This document shows, piece by piece, positions 1 through 11,000 of a stretch of DNA of 64,000 nucleotides. The stretch's first letter is position 1; each line of letters starts with the position of its first letter. A program made the translations under genes and the position numbers. The stretch is from Asterias rubens (taxonomy: Eukaryota), in the NCBI RefSeq assembly GCF_902459465.1, contig NC_047068.1, forward strand, positions 16,430,001 to 16,494,000, written 5' to 3'. The notes beneath the pieces were generated by a model. That model was not told where the DNA came from. It did no database searches and saw only the letters and a list, made by a program, of their open reading frames with translations.

Positions 1-222
1 AACAGAGTTTGGGTTTCCACCATCCACCCGCCCACTAAGTAACAGATATGGGTCCCCCTCCCCCACAAAGATAACATATCTACACCCCCACCACCACCAC
101 TTACATGTGAGGCAACAGAGTTTGGGTTTCCACCATCCAACCACCCACTAAGTAACAGATATGGGTCCCCCTCCCCCACAAAGATAACATATCTTTACCC
201 TCACCACCACCACTTACATGTA
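1..222. repeat. Tandem duplication, about 113-bp unit x2
   Basis: aacagagtttgggtttccaccatcc...ccaccaccacttacatgt at 1 and 114. Confidence 0.9.
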
Positions 223-318
223 CATGTAGAGAAATGGTACAAGGATCTTGTCATCTTGGCGTATGCCATCCCATATGGTCAGCATTTCCTCCTCTGCTGT
301 CTAGATGATAACCCAAAA

Positions 319-452
319 GGGGTCGATTTCACAAAGATTATTCCTAATTTAGGACTAGTTCTAGGACGCTTAAGGGGTTATTTAAAAACTTAAGGCTTGT
401 CCTAAGTTAACTCGAGATACGCCAAGCCTAAACTCTTTGTGAAACCCACCCC
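319..452. mobile_element. Small MITE
   Basis: TIRs ggggtcgatttcacaaaga / tctttgtgaaacccacccc. Confidence 0.7.
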
Positions 453-1901
453 AGACCCAGCAGTAATGCTACATCCAGGCATGTATCAGTGTATGCTTCG
501 TTTTTGAAAGGTCACAAGGGCACCAAGGTATTTTCTCCTGGAGCATTTCAAGGGCACCAAGGCATTTTCTCCTCAATGACCAGGGGGCATGGACCAGGGG
601 GCATGGAGGCAATCTCCTCCGTTGCCTCCGCTAAGTATCAGCTGCACATCCTAGTTACATAAGTTACTCTCAACATCATCACAAATAAACCAATCCTGTT
701 TCCCACTTTTAAGTAAATAATTGGCACCAAAGTTCCCAGTTCTAAAAGGCCACACGTAAAGCCTGCCTTAATAAGCACGGAAAACTCTTGAAATAAATCA
801 CAGTGTCAACAACAATGTCCTGTATCAAACATCGTGAGTGTAAGTTTTTTTCCTTTTTTTCTCAACCCTGTTCACTCGCTCTGATTGTCCTTCAAATTTA
901 TCACCGGCTAATGAAGACTGTGGATGGGAAAATCTATCTGGAGACGTCATCCATTGACGTCATTTGGTGCGGGGATTTCGCAAACAATGGGTCACTAACT
1001 AGCTAATCAGGTTTTGTTTGAAGAGAAAAAAAAACCGATGGCACAATAGAAGTGAATAACCTATGTCCCAAGGTAATGATGATAATAGAGAATAATAGAG
1101 TGAGACAAAGGAGATTATAAAAGGGCTAAACAAAAATCAATGATTAGCTTCACTTATGAATGAAGCGTTAAAATCCAAGCAGGATGGGTACTTAGGAGGG
1201 TGATTGCAACAGTTTATATTAGGAACATAACAACAAAATTTGTACGAAAAAAACGGTCTAAGATCACAGATTTACATACAACTTAGTAGATAGTAGAAAA
1301 CATCCCTTAAAATATTTCTGTCTGAAATGTCACATTTGATGAGTAATAAAAAAATAACTAATTTCCTGTTGTGAGTTTATCGCTCAGTGAGCGTTTTATT
1401 CACTTAATTTTTTGAAATCCGGTCTTCACTATTTTCTAATGACCCAGATGGCCGATCAATCTCAAACTTTCACAGTCAAAACTTTCAAAGATTTGTTACT
1501 TTATGCATATGTTGAGATACATTGAGTGAGAATACTGGTTTTTGACAATATTACCAAACTTGTACAGTGCATTAAGTGAACATCTTTTGTTCATACTTCA
1601 CGGCTTTAAAGTAAAGAAGCTGCTTGAATAATTTACCAAGGGAGGAGGGGTCAGGCAGGTAGTGTTTTTTTTTTTTTGGGGGGGGGAGGGGTATGTTTGT
1701 TTGTTTGTTTGTTTGAATGATCTTTCCATCAAGGGCACCCGGCAAACTCACAAAAAGGGATATAAACACCAAGCTGGCAACAGCCAATCTCTCTCATATA
1801 AACATTGGTTTAACGTCTATGATTATGAATTACACAAATCAAGAAATTGTGATTCAGTATCTAGACGACAATATTTATGAGAGTAGCACTCAATTACTCA
1901 C

Positions 1902-2035
1902 TTGTCCCTGAAGACTTGGTAGGGTTGCACGATATGATCCTTGTTCTCACGGCGTAGGGCCTGTCGTAACTCAGCGTGGGGAATTGCATAACTCTTCTGA
2001 GTCTTGTACAGCTCTTCAAAGTCTGTGTTAAAACC
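1902..2035 (-). CDS. EXOC7: EXOC7 exon 21 (GFNTDFEELYKTQKSYAIPHAELRQALRRENKDHIVQPYQVFRD)
   Basis: cctcctccccag| acceptor, |gtgagt donor; matches Exo70 GFNxxxEE...AIPD...LR. Confidence 0.93.
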
Positions 2036-5000
2036 CTGGGGAGGAGGATGGGGAGAAAGCCAAACAGGGTTTAAGTGCTGTAGACATGGTAGAGTGAAAT
2101 GTACACTACAACCCTCCTACTGTTCATCATTTAAAGGCAGTGGACACTATTCAGCTATTGGTGGTTATTCAAAAAATTTGTTAGCATAAAAACTTACTTG
2201 GTATTACGAGCAATGGAAAGCTGTTGATAGTATAAAACATTGTGAGAAACAGCTCTCTCTGAAATAAAGTAGTTTTTGAGAAAAAAAGTTAATTCTCAAT
2301 AAAATATTTGAATTGAATTCCAGACCGCTGAGGTCTCAAATTCAAGCATCTGAAAGCACACAACTTGTGCCACATGGGTGTTTTTTCCCCACTATTTTCT
2401 CAAAGTTTTGACGATCAATTGAGTTAAAATTTTAACAGGTTTGTTATTTTATGCATATGTTGAGATACACCTAGTGAAAATAATGGTCTTTGACAATTAC
2501 CAAAGGTGTCCAGTGCCTTTAAAGGGATTGTACAATGAATATTTATAAAGACTTGTAACACACATATCCACCCTGCTGGGTGTTCAAGGCGCAATTAAAC
2601 AAAACGAAAGAAAAAAGACACAACAAAATTTGTCCTTGAAAACATGTAACTATGACATAAGATAAGTTTTGAGAAGAGATTTACATAGACAAGGTCCAAG
2701 ATACATATCTGTTTTGGTAAATGGAACCCACTGTTTGTTTAAAGCCTATAAAGTTGTTTATACCATGTGTGAACATTTCATTTCAAAGAGTGGTAGCATT
2801 TTTTGCCATATTGCCAAAAAAGTTGAGCAATTATGTCCACGAAGAGAAAACAATCTGTGATTTGACTACACAATCTGAGTAACGTTGCTGACAGTAACAT
2901 TTCGAGGGGATAACAAAAGGGATATCTTCTTCCATAACCGCATTACTTAGTAAAATAAGTCTCAGTTGTATTTTTAACTAATGTCGCAAAATGGTTTAAC
3001 TAGGAAGAATATCTTTGGATCTAGAATAAATGTGAATGGTGCTCTGCTTAAGTGCCAACTTAAATAAGTGATAACTTCTGCAGCTTCATGAAAAAAGGCA
3101 AGTGAACAAAAATTTTGCCTTAAGCTTTCGAGAAAGACTCTGCTAGGGTCAAAATGTCAGGGCATTAACTTCTTTTTGCATTTATACTATTCCTGGATCC
3201 TGAGCAGCTTGCAACAGCTAATTTTTTCCCGCAAATGGAAAAGAATTAATTCAAGCACAACCTTAATGATTCAGCCGCCTACATGTCCACTTGTTTTGCT
3301 TCATTTCATTTATTCCAGTTGTGAAGCCAAGAACTCTCAGAAAAAGAAGCAAACTTAACCAGTCTACTAGCCAAGAACCAAATGGAGAGAAGAAATGAAG
3401 GCAGTTTCAGTTTGAGATGTGGGAGAAAAAAAAAACCTGAGATTTATTCCAGGAAACACCCTAGGGAATGAAAACCAAATCCACATAGTGCCAGGGTTTG
3501 AAATTGGCGGGAACATTTACATGACTGCAGTTCGAAAAATAACTGTCAGCTTTTTAACTACTACTTGGGCAAAAGGTAGAAAATCAGCCACGACTACTAC
3601 TTTAGCCAATGACTGGACTGTTGTTAACTACACTACCACAGAGTGAGTTCTTAATAGGTCTCAAGGTTTCGACAAGATTGCTCTAGTCATCTTCAGGTGA
3701 CATACACATTTGACTGCTCAAACTCTCTCATCATTCTACTCTAGACTCATAAATATCTCAAAGAAGAAGAACTTATTGCAGTAGCGAGATAACTGTCACA
3801 TGCTGTTGATGTTTGTAGAGTGAGAGAACACAAAATAGAACCCCAAGAAGCACTTCAGCCAATATATATCAATGTTCATCAATTCCCATACAAGAGCTCA
3901 TAAAGTTCCCAGCAACATAAGCAATCAGTGCAGATGCCACCGTGCTTATGTAGAATAAGGCTTTAATGGTTGTTTTATTTGAATCAAAGAAGAGAGACAG
4001 TATAGACCAGTGGGCAAAATTACAAATGTTACACATTCCACTAAGGAATAAAATTGCTCATAAAATTTGGCTCACACTGGTTAACGACAAAAATCACGCA
4101 GGTGAATTTTTAATCAACAGGGGCATTTCAGGGGTCATTTAGAATAATAAATCATTAAAGGGACACGTTGCCATGAATCTGGCGAGTTAGTCTATGAAAA
4201 GTGACATTTAAGCAGACAAATATATACACACAAATATGCCTCAAAATTGTGTTGTTTTCCTTTTATATGGTGAAGTAACGCAGCACACTATAGTATGTAG
4301 AGTCAGCTTTTTTACTTCACAAAAATGGTGAATCGTGTTAGTTCAGAAAGAAAGAGGAAAACCTTGCGAAATCGAGGCATACTTGTGTTGATCATTATGT
4401 TCTACTTTTAAAACATCTTTCAAACCTTATGCATTTTATAACAAACGGTTCAAGTGTCGTGGCCTAGCGGTTAAGAGCATCGAATTCAAACTAGGGTGTT
4501 TCTTATCAGCAGAGTGTGGGTTCGAATCCCCAGCCATGACACTAAATGTGTCCTTAGGCAAGACAAATCACCATTGCTTCGTCCTTTGGATGGGACGTAA
4601 ATCTGTTGGTCCCATGTGTTGTGTAATGCAAGTTAAAGAACCCATGGCCAGTGCACTTATCAAAAAGAGAAGGGGTTCGTCCCAGTGCTCCTGGCTGTGG
4701 CTGCTGAACAGTATGTGCCATAGCACCTTGTAAATAAGCTGCTACACAATTGGGTCTCAGAATTCATCACTGCAATAACCAATCTTTCTGAAAGTTTGTA
4801 TATACTCAGCGCCTGGAGTACCTTGTTTGGTAGATACGTGCGCTACATGTGTATAAGACTTTGATATTATTATTCAAACGCTTTCATAGACCAGCTCGCC
4901 TGATCAAAGGCAAAGCTAGTGTCCCTTTAAGAACACACAGCCAACGAGTGCATCTGCCTTATCACAAAGCGGCTACCCCAGTTACACAATTGCTCATTTA

Positions 5001-8000
5001 AATACCCCATTATCAGAGTGTCCTTCCTTGATTTTGTGTCCTGGTTTTCCATGAAATATCATCTTTGCCCAGCCAGTAATTCAAGGGCAGACCTGGTATT
5101 GGATTATGTCTATATTTTTTATTGGGTTAATAAACTAGGTCGGGCTTTGCATTATGCAGTGTTTGATGCTAACCTCAATAATATTTTATTCAGAGTTTTC
5201 TCACAAGTGAGGCGAGGGGATAATCTTTTTACGAGATATGCATTCTTCATAACACCGGGGGTAGTTTATTATTAAGATTTTAAAATGACAGAATAGCAGC
5301 TATCGCTTGTCATTCTATCAGGTCCTTCATGACCTTGCTCTTCCATCATTATATGATTTATCTGTTGCATGTTTGAGTATTCAGATGAACAACTGAAGAA
5401 AAAGATCTGTTGGCTTGTATACAACAAATCACTAAATTTCAAGCCAGTGTGCAGCTGCATCAAAGAAAGCAAACAGAGTCCTGAATCTGGATAAAGATTT
5501 TCAATGCTCCATAAAATGGCTGACCGTGTTTATTCGCGACATAAAGGAAAACTATGTAATTTTGAGGCATGTTTGTGTGGATTATTATATTCTACTTTTA
5601 CATTATCTATGTAACCATATGCATTTCGTAACAAATGGTTTCAAACGCTTTTCAAAGACCAACTCGACCGATCCAAGGAAACGTGTCCCTTTTAAATGTA
5701 TTTGAGCCAAATGAAAAGAGAGGGTGATGAATAAATTGCAGTTTTAGATATGGAAGGAAAAGCCCGAAGAATTATTCCAGGGAAAGCCAACACAGTCAGG
5801 TAGGGACTGAAAAACCCAATCCACATAGTGGCCCCAGTGGGATTCGAACTTGGGACCCAGAGGTGGAAGTCGAGGCAAGACACCACTACACCATCATGAC
5901 CTGGGGATGATCGAGGGAAGTTTGCATGTCATCTTTCAATAATATAAATCGCTTGTTCGCCCACACTTAGATGACTGTATACAGGTTTGGAGCCCCCCCC
6001 CATCTAACCAAAGACAAGAAACCTTAAAAAGATACAAGCCAATGCCACCAAACTTAACTGATAAAAAAAATAAGACAACCAGTCACAACCTATAGTAATA
6101 GTTCATTGTGTGTCAGCCCATAACCATTTCTACCATGTCAACTAAGCAAAATATCAGCAACTTTGTGCATGCGAAGAAACACACAACACTTTCTTTTGGT
6201 AAAAAAAACTAAAACACTAAAACAACTTTTTTATATTAACAATGTAAGAAAGAGATGTACAGTATCATACAAAATTTAATCAGAATTTGGTTCTAGTAAT
6301 TTTTCTATAATATATGAAATGCCATCCATATAACCTTCAAAATTGAATAGGGAAATTTAAAAATGGCTGGAGATTTCATCAGAGGAGACAGACCGATATT
6401 TGAACTGGATTTTAATTTGATAGACTCAAAATCGAGGTCATAAAGCGAACAATGTAGTTAATGAATAGTTGTATACATTCGAGTGGCTTGTTTTTAATAT
6501 CAAGTTCATTACGTTTGACTCATTTTCTATTTGATGATTGGTCAGATCTATTAAATCAGCGTTATGATCAGTGCTGTAGCCATGGTGGGTGGGTGGTGCT
6601 AGGTGGACCTGCTCAGGACTCACAACTTTTGCCTAGCACTCTCAGCAAAATACATTGACCGCCCAACACAGATTTCCCTCAAAATAGTATCCACTGTGCA
6701 TTGATCCGAGACACATCTAATGATAAGGGGTATCATATGTCACAGAGAATGAACACAGCCAAAAGGTCATTTAACTTATTGCAAGACCACATAACATGAA
6801 AACGTTTGTTGATCCAGTTGCCCTTTGTAGACTTAAACATGATTTACTGCCCACCACTGAAATTGATTGGTCTACCTACAACCATGGTCATTATTCAATT
6901 GTAATCTACCCTCAAGGCCACATTAAATGAGAAGGTACTTGTCTACTAATTAACGAGCACTCTAGTCAATCTGTTAATTAACAAACAGTGATGAATAAAC
7001 AGCTTCGGCATATTTGTCACAATAAGCAAACCACTGATTTCACAATGGCTAGAATAAAATAAGTAGTGTCAAGTTACTGAATCACAATTTTTGTGCAACT
7101 CATACATGTAGACGTTATGTTTGTACGAGAGAGATTGGCAGTTGCCAGCTTGATTTTTTTTTATATCTGAACTTGTTTACCATTATTCCCCTACTCGGAG
7201 TTTACAACCATCTCAACAGTCATTGCTTTCAATTATCTCAACAGTCACTGCTTTCAACTACTAGAACTTCTTTCATTTTTTATGGCCACATATCTTTGTC
7301 ATACATGTATACTGCACCGCTTCTTTGGAAGTCTTCCTGTGCATATTCGCCAGGCTAGTTCTTTACAATGTTTAAAGTCTCTGTTAAAAACTTATTTGTT
7401 TAAAGCTGCTTTTTTTTGTAATCTCCTAATTTGTAATTTGTATGTTTTATCTCATTATATATTTTATTGTTCTCTTTTATGTGCTTAGAGGCTTTTCGCA
7501 TTGGTCGCTTTACCAATGTCTTATTATTATTATATTATTATATCCCCTTAATTGAGTTTGCCAAGGCCCCTTTGATGGGAAGATCATCAACAAAGAGACA
7601 GACAAAGGAGAGAGCCCCAATTCATGATTGAACTGTTTGTGTTTAAGAGTAATACTAAGTGTGGAGATGAGAACAAAAGAGGTCCAAGCAACAATATAAA
7701 TACGAGAGCAGAACTCAAATGTATATAGGTTGTTATCATTGATCCAGGAAATAAAGTGAGGTCCAGTTTAAAAATAAAACCTACAGTCGCCAGAGGAGGC
7801 TGCTGGTGATAAATTGCACACTTCCAGAAGACACGCAGATACCTCCCTCTGTCTGTCCCCATTGTGGCGGGGCAACCACAGTAGCTCTATCCAACAACTT
7901 CCCCTCTATGCAAGGCAAAAGAAACACTGTCCTGGCACCATTTCCATTGACTGCACTTTGTTAATGTCCAACTCTTCACAATGAAGATTGTGGTACAATT

Positions 8001-11000
8001 TTCTTGTGGTACCATGTTCTTAAGGTACCATGTTCTTGGGGTACCATTTTCTTGTGGAACCATGTTCTTGTGGAACCATGTTCTTGTGGAACCATGTTCT
8101 TGTGGAACCATGTTCTTGTGGAACCATGTTCTTGTGGAACCATGTTCTTGTGGAACCATGTTCTTGTGGAACCATGTTCTTGTGGAACCATGTTCTTGTG
8201 GAACCATGTTCTTGTGGAGCCATGTTCTTGTGGAACCATGTTCTTGTGGAACCATGTTCTTGTGGAACCATGTTCTTGTGGAACCATGTTCTTGTGGAAC
8301 CATGTTCTTGTGGAGCCATGTTCTTGTGGAACCATGTTCTTGTGGAACCATGTTCTTGTGGAACCATGTTCTTGTGGAACCATGTTCTTGTGGAACCATG
8401 TTCTTGTGGAACCATGTTCTTGTGGAGCCATGTTCTTGTGGAACCATGTTCTTGTGGAACCATGTTCTTGCGGAACCATGTTCTTGTGGAACCATGTTCT
8501 TGTGGAACCATGTTCTTGGTGTTTCTGATCAACAGAGTGTGGGTTCTAATCCCGGTCTTGACACTTGTGTCCTTAAGCAAGACACTTAACCATCATTGCT
8601 TCGTCCTTCTGATTGCACAAACATGTAAAGCCATTGGTTCCCTGCTTTGTTTAAAGATCCCAGTAACACTTATCACTAAGAGACGGGGTTCACCCTGGTT
8701 GTTGGCAGTGGGTGCTGAATGCACTGCGAACACTTTGTGAACCCTTAAAAAGTGGTACACTATTGGGTCTCAGAATTCATAACTTCAATAACCTATCTTT
8801 CTGAAAAAAATGTATATTCTACTTAGCGCCGTGACAATGCTTGGCACCTCATTGGTAGATACGTGTGCTACATAAGACTTTGATATTAATACTATTAATT
8901 GCCAGGCCTGAAACATAATAATAGTCTCTAATGGAACACTGCCTTCAAGCCCAGCGCCCATCAAATGATTTAATAAATATTCTTCTCGGAGGGGACAAGT
9001 TTACGTTTCTGTGCTTATCAAAACTATCGGTCTCCTTTAATACTCCTCAGAGTGCAGTTAGCAATCTACCTTGACCAGGAGCGAACGCAACACAGGGGGG
9101 AAGCACGACTCACACACAGCTGGGAGCAATGGTGCGTTACAATCAACTTGGTCAACTGTTGTCGTTTTAACGAGGAGCGAGCGGCATTTGTTTGTATTAT
9201 TCCAATGTCGGCCAACCCTGGGGCCCTGTGGGATACCAGGAAATTGGACACCGACGCCATGAGCCGTGTCCAAATGACACAGAGATGAAAGATAACGGTG
9301 GGGCGTCGAGAGAAAGAGAAATGAGGTCTGAAGAAATGTGTTTTATGGTTTCAACACACAATTAAACGTTGGTTGTCTGATTTGGTGTTTGAACTTGAAA
9401 CACTATGTGGACTTAAATTTGTCCACAAAGTGTTATTTACAGTTTTGAAAGAATATGAGTTTTATGGTTTTAACACACAAGTAAACAAATGGGTATCTTA
9501 TTGTGTGTTTAAATTTGAGACACTATGTGGACTTCAGACATCCACACAGTGTTAATTACAGTGATGAAGAATATGTATTTTATGGTTTCAACAGACAATT
9601 AAATGAAAAACTTGGTTGTCTGATTGTGTTTTAACTTTTTACACTATGTGGACTTACACATGTCCACACAGTGTTAATAACAGAGATGAAGAATAGAATT
9701 TTTCTTAATTGTCCAGTACAAAGGAATGTCCTCACAGCGACTACAACATAGAGCTGTGTGCTCATTTTCAAAACCTTACAGAGACCAAGGACAAAATAAA
9801 AATGGGAAAAAAAGGACTCCGTAGGAGAATTCGAACAGCTGGGGTGCTCCACAAGGGATTTTGTGGAAGAAAAAGATGATTCCACAAGGATGCAAGGTGT
9901 TAAAGACCAGTCTTCTCACTTGGTGTATCCCATCATAGCCATAAAATAACAAGCCTGTGAAAATTTGGGCTCAATTGGTCATCGAAGTTGCGAAAAAATG
10001 AAGAAAGATAAAACACCCTTGGTGGACGAATTTGTGTGCTTTCAGATAGGAATAAAAGACTTCTAGCTAGAAGTCTTTTATCATTTTAGTGAGAAATTAC
10101 TCAAAAACTATGTTACTTCAGAGGGAGTCGTTTCCCACAATGGTTTATACTATCAACAGCTCTCCAATGCTTGTTACCAAGTCAGTTTTCAAGTTAATAC
10201 TTGTGATGAGTAATTACCAAACGTGTACCTTCCCTTTAAACAAAGGCGTTTTTACAAAAGGGATCCGGGTGTTTGACAGAGTGAGGACGTCCTTGTTTCG
10301 CTTTGTTGTACAAAACTAATAGAGATGTCGCTTAAATAACAAAGTCTGAACAGTGGGAGAACAAAGAGAAGTCATCGATTAGCGGTATTCACAACCATGT
10401 GCGTTTCTGTGTATGTGGGGGTTATCATCATATAGAAGACAAAAAATCTGCAGAATATATATTAGTTTCCATATTCCAAAACAATCAAATGAAACATCAA
10501 CTAATGCATAATTAGCCCACACATAATTTCCGCACTCAGGAAATGGACTTGATAAAAATTATGTGTACGTAAACAGTACGCACCGAGCCCAAGTTTTGAA
10601 TATGTTTCTAAGATTGGATCAGTGCAGTGAGGGGCATATGCCTGATGCAAATTTGGGGATGAGAGAGGGTGTTCAAATAAATAGAACAGTGTATAGTTGA
10701 TTTACACAGTTGGCTTCCTGACAAGGTTTGAATAAACTTTAAACTTTTACTTTTTAGAAGTTTATGTATTCTTTGCCTGGTGTAACTTTTTATTTTTGTA
10801 CAAATTATTTTGAGTTATAAACAAAGACAAATTTACTTGAGCAAGACTTGAATCAACAACCTCCGGAATAACATGCCAGCATTCTACCAAGCAAGCTGTA
10901 TCTAGCCCTATGTTTGGGGGTCTCCATATTTTGACAATTTCTTTGTTCGGGGGTGCAAGTCATACAATACAATGACCCCATGGCATCCCATGTCAAAGTT

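Noticed and set aside
218-300. Minus-strand exon-like segment TAEEEMLTIWDGIRQDDKILVPFLYMY as the last EXOC7 exon
   Set aside because: It is open only in phase 0, while exon 21 ends in phase 2. It lacks the FTKNPEKY-type C-terminal motif, and the acceptor is weak.
2700-2735. VPFTKT on the minus strand as the Exo70 FTKN motif
   Set aside because: It lies upstream of exon 21 (wrong order) and the flanking residues do not match.
4454-4535. tRNA genes at A/B-box sequences (also 21145, 22240, 33511, 43045, 61526)
   Set aside because: No complete cloverleaf; each continues into a shared SINE body and tail.
7990-8519. CRISPR-like array or p53 response-element cluster
   Set aside because: There are no unique spacers, so it is not CRISPR. 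AACCATGTTC mismatches the RRRCWWGYYY half-site next to the core, so a p53 function is unsupported.
7887-8740. Six long overlapping ORFs (167-236 aa)
   Set aside because: Artefact of a stop-free 16-bp tandem repeat. The peptides are pure 16-aa periodicity.
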